Assembly (NCBI GenBank): GCA_038253225.1
Contig: JBBSHH010000004.1
Span: 1-50,272, forward strand
Origin: Mycobacteriales bacterium
Lineage (GTDB): Bacteria > Actinomycetota > Actinomycetes > JALYNC01
Length of the DNA: 50,272 nucleotides
Direction of reading: 5' to 3'
Notes under the pieces: generated by a model
Database searches by the model: none
Seen by the model: the letters and a program-made list of their open reading frames with translations, nothing else
What the model was told of the DNA's origin: nothing
Shown: in pieces, positions 1 to 9,792 of the stretch
Layout: each line of letters begins with the position of its first letter
How positions within the stretch are numbered: position 1 is the stretch's first letter
Translations under genes and position numbers: made by a program

Positions 1-65
1 CCCGGGGCGGCCGGCCGCGACCGGGGGGGCGCGGCCGGGCCGCGGCGGCGATGCTCGTCACTGGC

Positions 66-1376
66 TCAACTCTTCTGGCCGACGAGCGTGTCGATCGCCT
101 TGGCCGCCGCGCCGAGCGCCGCCTGCGGATCGGTCTTGCCGAAGATGACGGACTTGGAGTAGGCGTCGCGGAAGGTCTGCCACATCTGGATGGAGTTCGG
201 GACGACCGGGACCTCGACGATCCGGGCGGCCTGGTCGGCGAAGGTCTTGTACGCCGGGTTGGCCTGGAAGTAGGCCGGATAGGTCCCGAGCAGGTCGGTG
301 CGCACCGGCATCTGACCAGTCATCTCGAGCAGCTTGCCGTCCTCGTCCTTGCTCGTCACGAACTTCAGGAACTGCCAGGCGGTGCCGCGCTTCTTGCAGG
401 CGCTGTACATGCCGATGGACTTCTCGTCCGAGAATGTCGTGATCTGGCTGGGGTCCTTGCCGTCCTTGGTCGGCACCGGGACGACGCCCCAGTCGACCTT
501 GCCGCCGTAGACCTTGATGGCCCACGGCCCGACGCTGGACATCGCGGAGACGCCGGTGCCGAACGCGTCACCGTTGAACGGCTCCCGCGGCGCGAGGCCC
601 TTGTCGTAGAGCGTCCTCCAGAACTGGGCCACCGCGATGCCGTCGGCGTCGTCGAACGTCGCCTTCCCGTTCTCGACCAGCTGCTTGCCGCCGGACTGCG
701 CGGCGTAGAGCGGGTAGTAGTCGAACCAGGGCTGGAAGAACTCCGAGGTCGGCGACGGGTAGACCGCCGCCTTCGCGGCCTTGCTCGACACGATCTTCTG
801 TGCGGTCGCGATGAACTGGTCGTAGGTCTTCAGCGGCGGGTTGACGGTCGGTATCCCGGCCTTCGCGAAGATCTTCTTGTTGTAGAAGATCATCACCGGG
901 TTCGCCTTCCACGGCATCTGGTAGTACTTGCCGTCCGCTGACTTGTACTGCCCGGCGGAGGCGCCGGACCGGTCGTTGATGTAGCTCTCGCCGTCCGGGA
1001 ACGAGCCCAGGTCCACCAGGCCGCCCTGCTTCTGGAACTGCGGCACCGCGGCCGGCGCGGTGTTGAGCACCAGGCAGGGGGCGTTGCCGGCGGTGATGGC
1101 GGCCCCGATGACCTCCTCGGATGTCTTGCCGGCGGGGATCTCCTGACCGGTCACCTTCTGGTCGGCGTGCGCGGAGTTCCACGCGGTGACCGCGGCGACC
1201 CCCCACGCCTTCTCCTCCGCGTTGTTCGAGTACCAGATCTTGATCGGGCCGGTGGCCTTGGTGGCGTTCTTGCCACCGCCACTGCCGCCGCCGCTGACGT
1301 CGCTGGCGCAGCCGGCGAGCAGCGTCCCGCAGCAGACGGCGGTCAGCAGGGTGAGGGTTGAGCGAGAGTTGTGCAC
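66..1376 (-). CDS. ABC transporter extracellular solute-binding lipoprotein (sugar-binding type)
   Basis: 436-aa ORF. It has an N-terminal signal peptide with a lipobox (TLLAGCAS), a Gly/Ser linker, then a typical family-1 sugar-binding-protein body (IKIWYSNNAEE, WKANPVMIFYNKKIF). It lies next to a LacI regulator. Confidence 0.85.
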   Translation of the reverse strand: MHNSRSTLTLLTAVCCGTLLAGCASDVSGGGSGGGKNATKATGPIKIWYSNNAEEKAWGVAAVTAWNSAHADQKVTGQEIPAGKTSEEVIGAAITAGNAPCLVLNTAPAAVPQFQKQGGLVDLGSFPDGESYINDRSGASAGQYKSADGKYYQMPWKANPVMIFYNKKIFAKAGIPTVNPPLKTYDQFIATAQKIVSSKAAKAAVYPSPTSEFFQPWFDYYPLYAAQSGGKQLVENGKATFDDADGIAVAQFWRTLYDKGLAPREPFNGDAFGTGVSAMSSVGPWAIKVYGGKVDWGVVPVPTKDGKDPSQITTFSDEKSIGMYSACKKRGTAWQFLKFVTSKDEDGKLLEMTGQMPVRTDLLGTYPAYFQANPAYKTFADQAARIVEVPVVPNSIQMWQTFRDAYSKSVIFGKTDPQAALGAAAKAIDTLVGQKS

Positions 1377-1430
1377 GGCGTGCCTTTCCGGAGGTGGGTC
1401 CTGCGACGGCGGGCTCGGTGTCGGCGGGTG

Positions 1431-2504
1431 TCAGGGCGACGCCCGGTCGGACGGGGGGGAGGTCGAGGACCGGACGACGAGCCGGGACGGGGTGAGCACG
1501 CCATCGCTGCGCGCCGAGCCCTCGGTCAGCTCCAGCAGCACCCGGGTGGCGGTACGGCCCCAGCTCTCGACGTCCTGGGTCACCGTCGTCAGCGCCGGCT
1601 GCAGGTGGGCGGAGAGCGGCGCGTCGTCGAAGCCGACCACCGAGAGGTCATCGGGGATGTGCCGGCCCAGCGCGCGGGCGGCGCCCATGCCGGCCGTCGC
1701 CATCAGGTCGTTCGCGTACACGATCGCCGTCGGGGGCGTCGACAGCCGCAGCATCCGCCGGGTGGCGGCCGCACCGCTGCCGGCACCCCAGTCGCCCGTG
1801 ACGAGCGGTCCGGGTGCGAGGCCGGCGGCGCGTACCGCGGCGCGCCAGGCCTGCCGGCGTGAGATCGAGTGGACGTAGCGCGCCGGGCCGCCCACATGGC
1901 CGATGCGCTCGTGCCCGAGCCCGACCAGGTGTTTGACCGCCGCCGTGACCCCGGCGCTGTCGTCGACCCCGACACAGGGAAACGGCACCAGGTCCTGCGG
2001 CTGGCCGACCGCGACCGCGGGCAGGCCGAGCGAGGCCAACAGCGCTATCCGGTGATCGCCGCTGCGCAGGTCGGTGAGGAACACACCGTCCACCCGGCCT
2101 TCGGCGTGCAGCCGTCGGTAGCCGGCCGCCTCGACCTCCGGGTCGTCGGGGACCACCTGGAGCACCAGGGAAGAGCCGCGCCCGGACAGCTCGGTCTCGA
2201 TGCCGGCGATGAACTGCGGGAAGAACGGGTCGGCGGCGAGCAGGCGGGCCGGCCGGGCGACCACCAGCCCGAGCGCGAACGCCCGGCTGGACGAGAGCGC
2301 CCGGCCCCGCGCGCTCGGCCGGAAGTTCAGGTCGGCGGCCGCCTGCAGGATGCGCTCGCGGGTGGCCGGCGCGACGCCGGACCGTCCGTTGACCGCGAAC
2401 GACACCGCACCCTTCGACACGCCGGCCCGACGGGCGACGTCGTCGATGGTGGTCCGACGCTGCGACGTGACGGCCTCCGACCCGACGGTGGTGGGCGGTT
2501 CCAC
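1431..2504 (-). CDS. LacI/GalR family transcriptional regulator
   Basis: 357-aa ORF starting with GTG. The N-terminal HTH (TIDDVARRAGVSKGAVSFAVNG...RERILQAAADLNFRPS) is followed by a periplasmic-binding-protein-like effector domain. Confidence 0.9.
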   Translation of the reverse strand: MEPPTTVGSEAVTSQRRTTIDDVARRAGVSKGAVSFAVNGRSGVAPATRERILQAAADLNFRPSARGRALSSSRAFALGLVVARPARLLAADPFFPQFIAGIETELSGRGSSLVLQVVPDDPEVEAAGYRRLHAEGRVDGVFLTDLRSGDHRIALLASLGLPAVAVGQPQDLVPFPCVGVDDSAGVTAAVKHLVGLGHERIGHVGGPARYVHSISRRQAWRAAVRAAGLAPGPLVTGDWGAGSGAAATRRMLRLSTPPTAIVYANDLMATAGMGAARALGRHIPDDLSVVGFDDAPLSAHLQPALTTVTQDVESWGRTATRVLLELTEGSARSDGVLTPSRLVVRSSTSPPSDRASP

Positions 2505-2518
2505 CTAAACCGGTTTAG
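2505..2518. promoter_or_regulatory. Candidate LacI-family operator (perfect 14-bp palindrome CTAAACCGGTTTAG)
   Basis: The palindrome directly abuts the LacI start codon (2502-2504) and lies 47 nt upstream of the divergent secreted-protein gene. LacI operators are typically short palindromes centred on CG. Confidence 0.45.
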
Positions 2519-2565
2519 TGCTATGACGTCAAGTTGCCATCCCGAACAGTGCCGGAGGAGTCCCG

Positions 2566-4650
2566 ATGAACCGACTGGTCGCGCGTTCGTTCGTCTCCGC
2601 GGTCGCCGCCGTGGGGATGATCGCCCTGCCAGCCGCCGGCGGGGCGGCCGCGTGGGCCGGTGCCGCCACCGTGGCCGGCCCGGCGGTGGCCCCCGGCCGC
2701 CCGGCGCCGCTGGCCAACCTCGGACACCTCGACTTCCTCCGCAAGGACGTGCGACCGCCGGCCCAGGCCGGCCACACGACCTACCGACTCGCGGCCGAAC
2801 CGGGGATCGGCGTGCTGTGGACCTACGCCGACCGGCAGCCCGACGGCAGCTACCGCAAGGTCGGTGGCGGCCAGTACCACCCGGTGCGCAACACCTACGA
2901 CCAGGGCGCCTACAACGCCGACGACATCTCCAGAGCCGCCGTGGTCTACCTGCGGCACCTGAACCTCTACGGCGACGGGGCCAGCCGCCGCAACGCGCGC
3001 CAGCTGCTGCGCGGGCTGACCTACCTCCAGACCGCCAGCGGGCCGGACGCCGGCAACGTCGTGCTGTGGATGCAGCCGGACGGCACCCTCAACCCCAGCC
3101 CGGTGGTGATCGAGTTTCCCGACCCCTCCGACTCGGGACCGTCGTTCTGGCTGGCCCGCACGATCTGGGCGCTGGGGGAGGGCTACGCCGCCTTCCGCCA
3201 CCGCGACCCGGCCTTCGCCGGCTTCCTGCGGCAGCGGATGGAGCTGGCGCTCGACGCGCTGGACCGCCAGGTGCTCGGCCCTCGGTACGGGCGCTACCTG
3301 ACCGTCGACGGGCTGCGCTGGCCGGCCTGGCTCATCGTCGATGGCGCGGACGCCTCCAGCGAAGCGGTCTACGGGCTCTCGGCGTACGTCGGGGCGGGCG
3401 GCGGGGCGCGGGCCCGCCGGGACCTCTCGCGACTGGCCGAGGGCATCGCGGCGATGCCGCTCGGGACCGCGGACACGTGGCCCTTCGGAGCGGTGCTGCC
3501 CTATGCGCGGTCCCGGTCGATCTGGCACGGCTACCTGGACCAGATGTCCGGGGCGCTGGCCACCGCCTCGACCGTGCTCCACCAGCAGCGGCTGCTGGCG
3601 GTGGCGGTCGGCGAGGTCGGCCGGTTCACCCCGCACCTGCTCGTCCAGGGCGGCCCGGACAACTTCTGGGCGCCGGCCCCGATCGACCGCACGCAGATCG
3701 CCTACGGTGCCGACGCCACCACCCAGAACCTGCTGCGCACCGCCGACGCCACCGGCCGGGCGGGCTTCCGGGCGCTGGCCGGGGTGTCCGCCGGCTGGTT
3801 CTTCGGCAACAACGTCGCCGGCGTTCGCATGTACGACCCGGCGACCGGTGTGACGTTCGACGGCATTGCCGGGGACGGCACCGTCAACCTCAACTCTGGG
3901 GCGGAGTCGACCATCCACGGGCAGCTGACGATGCTGGCGCTCGACGCGCACCCGGATGTGGCGGCCCGCGCGGTCGCCGGTCAGCGCCGTGGCCAGCTGA
4001 CCTGGTCGCTGGTCGAGGCCGAGTCCGGCCGGCTCTCCGGTGCGGCCCGCGTCGTGGTCCCGGTGGCGGCCTACACCGGCGAGAGCCAGTGGAGCGGCGG
4101 GGCGTACGTCCGGCTCGACCCGGGCGGCTCGGTCCGGCTGCCGGTCGTGCTGCCGGCGACCGACCGTTACCTGGTGATGCCGGTATTCGACCGGCGCCCG
4201 GTGCCTCCGGGTACCAGCGTCGTCGCCTACCGCCTGGGCGGGCTCGCCGCCGGCCGGGTGGACCAGGGCGGTGCCGGCCCGCGCGGGGTGACGGCGGTGC
4301 CCGGCTTCCTCGACGTGGCGACGACCCGGACCGACGGTCTGGTCGCCGCCGGCAGCCACACGGTGCTCGCCTCCTACGTCGGCACCGGGCAACCGGCGCG
4401 GCTCGACGCGGTGCTCGTGCAGCCGGCGGTGGAGTACCTGACGCTCGGCTCGGGCAGCAGCGGCACGGCGCTGCTGCGCAGCTTCGACCGGGTCGCCCGC
4501 CGCTACGAGGTGGCGGTGCCCGGCTCCGGGGGCACCGCGGCGGTCCGCAGCTACGACCCGACCGGCCGGCTGGTGGCGTCCTACGCCGCAGCCGGGTCTC
4601 TGGTCAGCGCCTACGTGGTCCCCGGTGGCTTCACGGTCGTCACCCGCTGA
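2566..4650 (+). CDS. Secreted protein of unknown function, possibly carbohydrate-active with a C-terminal CBM-like beta-sandwich
   Basis: 694-aa ORF with a GGAGGAG Shine-Dalgarno 6 nt upstream and a clear signal peptide (MNRLVARSFVSAVAAVGMIALPAAGGAAAWA). The C-terminal segment (VEAESGRLSGAARVV...GESQWSGGAYVRLDPGGSVRLPVVLPATDRYLV) resembles CBM6/35-type modules. I could not recognise the family of the main body. Confidence 0.6.
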   Translation: MNRLVARSFVSAVAAVGMIALPAAGGAAAWAGAATVAGPAVAPGRPAPLANLGHLDFLRKDVRPPAQAGHTTYRLAAEPGIGVLWTYADRQPDGSYRKVGGGQYHPVRNTYDQGAYNADDISRAAVVYLRHLNLYGDGASRRNARQLLRGLTYLQTASGPDAGNVVLWMQPDGTLNPSPVVIEFPDPSDSGPSFWLARTIWALGEGYAAFRHRDPAFAGFLRQRMELALDALDRQVLGPRYGRYLTVDGLRWPAWLIVDGADASSEAVYGLSAYVGAGGGARARRDLSRLAEGIAAMPLGTADTWPFGAVLPYARSRSIWHGYLDQMSGALATASTVLHQQRLLAVAVGEVGRFTPHLLVQGGPDNFWAPAPIDRTQIAYGADATTQNLLRTADATGRAGFRALAGVSAGWFFGNNVAGVRMYDPATGVTFDGIAGDGTVNLNSGAESTIHGQLTMLALDAHPDVAARAVAGQRRGQLTWSLVEAESGRLSGAARVVVPVAAYTGESQWSGGAYVRLDPGGSVRLPVVLPATDRYLVMPVFDRRPVPPGTSVVAYRLGGLAAGRVDQGGAGPRGVTAVPGFLDVATTRTDGLVAAGSHTVLASYVGTGQPARLDAVLVQPAVEYLTLGSGSSGTALLRSFDRVARRYEVAVPGSGGTAAVRSYDPTGRLVASYAAAGSLVSAYVVPGGFTVVTR

Positions 4651-5908
4651 GCGGTCGCGTCACCGGGACCGCCGGTTCGCCCAGCCGGGCCGGCCGGACC
4701 ACCATTCCGGTTCGGGCGGCCGTCCGGGCGGCCGCCGCCGTCGCGACCGCCCGCCACCCGGCGGCGGCGTCGACGGTCGGCGCCCGGCCGGAGCGCACGG
4801 CGTCCACGAGGTCCGCGAGCGCGGCCCGCACGCTCTCGGCGTACACCCGGCCCTTGGCCGGCTCACCGCCCAGGCTGGCCGTGACCCGCAGCCGGTGCGA
4901 CGCGGGCCGGTCGCCGCCGCGGGCGTGCCCGACCGGCGGCGCGTCCGCGGTCAGCACGGTGACGTCGATACGCTCGGAGCCGGTCAACCGGTGGTCCGGG
5001 ACCGCGAGCATCTCCGCGGTGCGCCCTGGCAGGGACGTCAGCAGCGCCCGGCCCTCGGGACCGACCCACGCGTCGAGCTCGAGCTCGACCGGGATCCAGC
5101 CCCGCAGCCGCGCCTCGGCGTAGCCCCAGTCGCATCGCAGCGTCTGGTGCTCGGCCCGGTCGGCGTGGGTGAACGCGTGCAGGTAGCTGGCGGTCGCGCC
5201 ACCGGGGTGCACCGCCGTGGCCACCACGGTGTCGATCACCTCGGGTCGGACCCAGCCGGTGGCCAGCGCCTGCACCGAGACCGGGTCGCTGCCGAGGAGC
5301 CAGCTGCCGGCGTCGAAGAAGTGCACGCCGTGCTCGACCAGGATGCCGCCGCTGACCGCCTCGTCCCAGAACCAGTGCCCGGGCGGCAGGTGCTCGTCGC
5401 TGGCGTCGTTCTCGACCGCGAACCGGCGCAGCGAACCGAGCAGCGGAGCACCGTCGGCGGTGGCGGCGGCCAGCCGCTGCAGGCAGGCCAGCAGCGGGTT
5501 GAAGCGCAGCACGTGGTCGACCGCGACAACCCGGCCGGTGCGCGCCACCGCGTCGAGCACCCGACCGGCCGCCGCCACGCCGAGCGCCATCGGCTTCTCG
5601 CACAGCACGTCGTGGCCGGACTCGAGCGCCGCGACGGTCAGCGCGGCGTGGCTGGCCGGCGGGCTGGCCACCGCGACCAGCGCCACCGCCGGGTCGGCCA
5701 GCAGCTCGGCGACGCTGCCGTGCGTGCGTGCGCCCCACTCCCGGCCGGCCGCGGTGGCCGCCGCCGCATCCGGGTCGGTCACGGCGGCCAGTCGGACGGT
5801 GGGCAGCTCGGCGGTGCTGGCCAGCAGGAACCGGCCGAAGCCGCCGCAGCCGATGAGCCCGAGGCCCAGCGGGGAGGCCGCCGGGCCGGGTCGGTCGAAG
5901 CGCCGCAT
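4640..5908 (-). CDS. Gfo/Idh/MocA family NAD(P)-dependent oxidoreductase
   Basis: 422-aa ORF with an N-terminal Rossmann motif (LGLIGCGGFGRF) and the EKP motif (LCEKPMA) typical of the family. Confidence 0.8.
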   Translation of the reverse strand: MRRFDRPGPAASPLGLGLIGCGGFGRFLLASTAELPTVRLAAVTDPDAAAATAAGREWGARTHGSVAELLADPAVALVAVASPPASHAALTVAALESGHDVLCEKPMALGVAAAGRVLDAVARTGRVVAVDHVLRFNPLLACLQRLAAATADGAPLLGSLRRFAVENDASDEHLPPGHWFWDEAVSGGILVEHGVHFFDAGSWLLGSDPVSVQALATGWVRPEVIDTVVATAVHPGGATASYLHAFTHADRAEHQTLRCDWGYAEARLRGWIPVELELDAWVGPEGRALLTSLPGRTAEMLAVPDHRLTGSERIDVTVLTADAPPVGHARGGDRPASHRLRVTASLGGEPAKGRVYAESVRAALADLVDAVRSGRAPTVDAAAGWRAVATAAAARTAARTGMVVRPARLGEPAVPVTRPLSG

Positions 5909-5943
5909 GGGTGGGATTGTGTCGGCGTGCTGCGACCGGCCGG

Positions 5944-6807
5944 TCAGCGGTCCCGCAGCGACTTCAACAGCGCGATGTCGGCGGCGTGTGCCGCCTCGTT
6001 GCCCGGTGTCTCGACGAGCACCGGGACGTCGCGGGTCGCCGGGTGCCGGAACAGCTCACCGAAGGGCTCCGCCCCGATCGTGCCCGCACCGATGTTCTGG
6101 TGCCGGTCCCGAGCCGAGCCGAGCGGGTCCTTGGAGTCGTTGGCGTGCACCAGCCGCAGCCGGCCGGCACCGACGGTCCGGACGAGGGTGTTCAGCAGCG
6201 TCCGGATGCCCCCGGGGACGGCCAGGTCATGCCCGGCCGCGTGGACGTGGCAGGTGTCGAGGCAGACGCCGAGGCGGGGGTGGTCGTCGAGGGCGGCGAA
6301 GTACGGCCCTAGGTGCGCCACCGTGGCGGCGAGCGGAACCCCGCCGCCGGCGGTCGGCTCGACCAGCAGCGCCGGGTCGTCCTGCCCGAGCTCGTCGAGC
6401 AGCGGCAGCAGGGTCTCCCGCAGCAGCCGCAGGGCGGCGTCCCGGCCGGTCCCGATCACCGCCGAACCGCCGTGGAAGACCACGCCGCGGGCGCCGATGC
6501 GGCGGCCCCGGTGCACCGCCGCCCGCACCGAGCGCACCGAGTTGCCGCGGGTGGTCTCGGCGGGGGAGCCGAAGTTCACCAGGTACGGCGCGTGCACGAA
6601 CACCGGCATCCGAGCCTCGGCGCACATCCCGCCGAAGCGCTCGTCCTGCGCCGGGTCGCCGGCCGAGGGCGCCCAGCCGCGCGGGTTCGAGACGAAGACC
6701 TGAACGGCCTCGGCACCGATCGCACGCGCGTAGGGCAGCGCCCCGGACACCAGCCCGGCGCCGACGAAGACGTGCGCCCCCACCGGTGAGGGCCGACGCG
6801 GCGGCAC
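5944..6807 (-). CDS. nfo: Deoxyribonuclease IV (endonuclease IV, AP endonuclease)
   Basis: 287-aa ORF with xylose-isomerase-like TIM barrel signatures of Nfo (VFVHAPYLVNFGSP, VVFHGGS, LDTCHVHAAGHDL, LVHANDSKDPLGSARDRHQNIGAG). Confidence 0.85.
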   Translation of the reverse strand: MPPRRPSPVGAHVFVGAGLVSGALPYARAIGAEAVQVFVSNPRGWAPSAGDPAQDERFGGMCAEARMPVFVHAPYLVNFGSPAETTRGNSVRSVRAAVHRGRRIGARGVVFHGGSAVIGTGRDAALRLLRETLLPLLDELGQDDPALLVEPTAGGGVPLAATVAHLGPYFAALDDHPRLGVCLDTCHVHAAGHDLAVPGGIRTLLNTLVRTVGAGRLRLVHANDSKDPLGSARDRHQNIGAGTIGAEPFGELFRHPATRDVPVLVETPGNEAAHAADIALLKSLRDR

Positions 6808-6811
6808 CCGG

Positions 6812-8728
6812 CTAGAAGACGGAGAGCGTCACGGTGGTCCCGCGCGGCTGCATGCTGCCCGGCGCCAGGCTCTGCGCCAGCACCTCACCGGGACCGAACG
6901 GCAGCGAGCGCACCTCCACCGTGAACCCGGCCGCGGTCAGGATCGCCCGGGCCCGGCCGACCGACTTGCCGACCACCTTCGGTACGGCGAAGAGCTGCGG
7001 TCCTCGGGAGACCGCGAGCGTCACGGTCGTGCCGCGCAGAGCGGTGCTCCCGCCGGCCACGCTCTGCCGGACCACCGAGCCGGCGGGCACCGTGTCGTCG
7101 TAGCTCTCGCTGGTCGTGACACCCAGGCCGGCTCGACGCAGCGCGCCGGTGGCCTGCGCCACCGGCAGGTTGCGCACGTCCGGCACCGGCACCGGCTGGC
7201 GGCCGCGACTGAGGACCACCGTCACCCGGGTGTCGTGTCGCACGGTGCTACCGGCGGCGGGGACGGTGCGGATGACCCGCCCGCTGGGCAGCGTGTCCGA
7301 CCACTCGGCCGGCCCGGGGTCGGCACCGAGCCGAAGTCGCGCCAACGCCGCCCGGGCCGCGCCCAGGTCGACGCCGGTCAGCTGCGGCACCCGGGCCGTC
7401 AGCGGGCCGTTGGACAGCCCGAGCGTGACGGTGCCGCCGCGGCGTACCCGCTGGCCGGCGGCCGGGTCGGCGGCGGCGACCAGGCCGCGGGCGACGTCGT
7501 CGCGAAAGACCGGCTGCCCCCACCGGATCCGCAGGCCGGCCGCCTGCAGCCGGCTGACCGCGGCGCTACGGGCCAGGCCGGTCACCGACGGTGCGCTGAT
7601 GTAGCGGCCGCTGCCGAGCCACCAGCCCTCGAGCCCGGCCCCGAGCGCGGCCAGCAGGACCAGTAGGACCGCCACCCGCGCCAGCCAGCGGCGCCGGCGC
7701 CGAGGGGGTGGGGTGGCCGACGCCCCGGTCACGGTCCCCCGCCGGCCGGTCCGACCGGCAGCCGGGCCGGCGGACCGCGGGACGACCAGGGTGGGCGCGC
7801 TCGGTGCCTGGCGCAGCACGGTGGTGTCGGCGGCGGTCCAGCTGCCCGGGTCGGTGCCGCCGGTCGGCAGCGCCCGGCGGGCCGCGCGCACCGCGGTGAG
7901 CAGCACGCCGGCGTCCGCCGGTCGGGTGCTCGGGTCGCGACGGGTGGCCGCGGCGACCAGCGCGTCGAGGGCCGGCGGGACGTCGGACACGCGGGCGGAG
8001 GGTGCCGGCACGTCCTCGTGGACGTGCCGGTAGGCCACCGCGAGGGGGGTGTCGCCGGCGTACGGCGGGCCGCCGGTGAGCAGCTCGTAGAGCAGGATGC
8101 CGGCGGCGTAGACGTCGGCGCGGGCGTCGGCGGTGCCGCGCTCGACCTGCTCGGGGGCGAGGTAGGCGACGGTGCCGATGAGCAGCCCGGCGGTCGCGGT
8201 CAGGTTGGACGCCTCGATCGCCCGGGCGAGGCCGAAGTCGGCGACCTTGACCCTCCCGTCGTCGGCGAGCAGCACGTTCTCCGGCTTGACGTCGCGGTGC
8301 ACCAGACCGGCGCCGTGGGCGGCGGCGAGCGCCCCGAGCACCGGCTCCAGCACCCCGAGCGCCTGCACCGCGGAGAGCCGGCCGCGCTCGCGCAGCAGGT
8401 CGCGCAGGGTGCGCCCGGCGACGTACTCCATGACGAGGAACACGACGGCGGCGTGGCCCGGTGAGCGGTAGACGGACTGGTCGTAGACCGAGACCACGTT
8501 GGGGTGGGAGAGCCGGGCGGCGGCGTGCGCCTCCCGGATGAACCGGGCCACGAACTCCTCGTCGTCGGCCAGCGCGGGATGCATCACCTTGACCGCGACC
8601 ACCCGGTCGAGCCGGACGTCGAGCGCGGTGTAGACCGTGGCCATGCCACCGCGGGCCAGCCGGGCCTGGACGCGGTACCGGCCGTCGAGCAGCGCACCCG
8701 CCAGCGGATCGGTCAGGGTGGTGTCCAC
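6812..8728 (-). CDS. Transmembrane Ser/Thr protein kinase with four extracellular PASTA repeats (PknB-like)
   Basis: 638-aa ORF. The Hanks kinase domain is recognisable (GGMATVY, VAVKVM, HRDVKPENVLL, DFGLA, APE). One TM helix follows, then four PASTA-like repeats, each ending in a motif such as GTTVTL or TRVTVVLS. Confidence 0.9.
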   Translation of the reverse strand: MDTTLTDPLAGALLDGRYRVQARLARGGMATVYTALDVRLDRVVAVKVMHPALADDEEFVARFIREAHAAARLSHPNVVSVYDQSVYRSPGHAAVVFLVMEYVAGRTLRDLLRERGRLSAVQALGVLEPVLGALAAAHGAGLVHRDVKPENVLLADDGRVKVADFGLARAIEASNLTATAGLLIGTVAYLAPEQVERGTADARADVYAAGILLYELLTGGPPYAGDTPLAVAYRHVHEDVPAPSARVSDVPPALDALVAAATRRDPSTRPADAGVLLTAVRAARRALPTGGTDPGSWTAADTTVLRQAPSAPTLVVPRSAGPAAGRTGRRGTVTGASATPPPRRRRRWLARVAVLLVLLAALGAGLEGWWLGSGRYISAPSVTGLARSAAVSRLQAAGLRIRWGQPVFRDDVARGLVAAADPAAGQRVRRGGTVTLGLSNGPLTARVPQLTGVDLGAARAALARLRLGADPGPAEWSDTLPSGRVIRTVPAAGSTVRHDTRVTVVLSRGRQPVPVPDVRNLPVAQATGALRRAGLGVTTSESYDDTVPAGSVVRQSVAGGSTALRGTTVTLAVSRGPQLFAVPKVVGKSVGRARAILTAAGFTVEVRSLPFGPGEVLAQSLAPGSMQPRGTTVTLSVF

Positions 8729-8782
8729 GGCCGCGAGTCTACGGCCGGGGGGGGCCGGAACCCGGGCAGGCGCGGGCCGCGT

Positions 8783-9703
8783 TCACCCGCGGGCGAAGGA
8801 CGCGCGCAGCGCCAGGATGCTGCGGACGTAGACCTTCGTGTCGGCGTACATCCCGTGCCGCCGCACCGAGCCGAGGCCCTGGTAGTAGCCGGCGATCGCC
8901 TGGTCCAGCGGCGCCGCCCGGGTCAGCTGCCGGAGCAGCGCCACCCCGGCGGTGACGTTGTCCCGGGCGTCGAAGAGGTCCAGCCGTCGGCCGGTGACGT
9001 ACCGGGAGACGTACGCGCCGGTGGACGGCAGCACCTGCATCGCGCCGATCGCGTCGGCCACCGAGACCACGTGCTGCTGGAAGCCCGACTCCTGGTAGGC
9101 GACCGCGAGCGCGAGGTTGGGGTCGAGGCCGTAGCGGTGGGCGGTGCGGACCACCAGCGTCCGCACGGTCCGCTTCGACGGCGTCGCCCGCCGCGCCATG
9201 ACCCTGCGGTCGCGGGCGGCGGCGGCGTACACGGCCGACGGGTAGGTGCGGCCGAACGGCGCCGCCGGCGCCGCGCTGACTCGGGGCACCGGCACGACCA
9301 GGTGCTGGCCGATCAGGATCAGGCCGGTGGACGACAGCCGGTTGCGATGGGTGATCCAGCCGGTGGTGGTGTGGAACCGCTGCGCCAGGGCGGTGAGGTT
9401 GTCGCCGCCGCGCACGACGTAGGTGCCGTCGACGTAGCGCGACCGGACCGGCCGGGTTGCGGGGGCGGGTGGTCGCGGCATCCGGAGCCACTGACCGGCG
9501 TAGATCAGGTTTCCGTTGCCCGGCAGCCGGTTCAGCGCGACCAGCACCGCCACCGACGTGCGGTACTTGCCGGCCAGCTCGGACAGCGTGTCGCCGGGGC
9601 GGATCTTGACCGGGATCCAGCCGGGGGCACCCGCCGTGATCACCCCGGCGAGCAGGACCGGGATGCCGAGAGCGCGCAGCGTACGTCTCCGGGTGGTGCG
9701 CAT
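8783..9703 (-). CDS. Secreted LysM-domain lytic transglycosylase (2x LysM + SLT domain)
   Basis: I chose the internal ATG at 9703 (GGAGGA 7 nt upstream, signal-like MRTTRRRTLRALGIPVLLAGV) instead of the ORF-track start at 9877. Two LysM repeats are present (IRPGDTLSELAGKY..., VRGGDNLTALAQRF...), followed by an SLT catalytic region (AYQESGFQQHVVSVADAIGAMQV). Confidence 0.85.
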   Translation of the reverse strand: MRTTRRRTLRALGIPVLLAGVITAGAPGWIPVKIRPGDTLSELAGKYRTSVAVLVALNRLPGNGNLIYAGQWLRMPRPPAPATRPVRSRYVDGTYVVRGGDNLTALAQRFHTTTGWITHRNRLSSTGLILIGQHLVVPVPRVSAAPAAPFGRTYPSAVYAAAARDRRVMARRATPSKRTVRTLVVRTAHRYGLDPNLALAVAYQESGFQQHVVSVADAIGAMQVLPSTGAYVSRYVTGRRLDLFDARDNVTAGVALLRQLTRAAPLDQAIAGYYQGLGSVRRHGMYADTKVYVRSILALRASFARG

Positions 9704-9792
9704 GAGCCGTCCTCCGGGAGCGGACCGGCAGCAGCGGATGCCGTGGCCGGGTGCGGCACCGGTGCAGGCCGCCCGGGCAGGGTAGGCATGCA

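Noticed and set aside
1-61. A possible 5' end of an ABC permease gene on the minus strand (GTG at 61, 4 nt after the solute-binding-protein stop, basic N-terminus).
   Set aside because: Only 20 codons are visible, which is too little sequence to support a call. It is plausible from operon logic only.
1869-5123. 1084-aa ORF on the plus strand.
   Set aside because: It has an Arg/Pro/Gly-rich, low-information translation. It runs antisense to the LacI and Gfo/Idh/MocA genes and out of frame with the well-supported secreted-protein gene. This is a typical high-GC shadow ORF.
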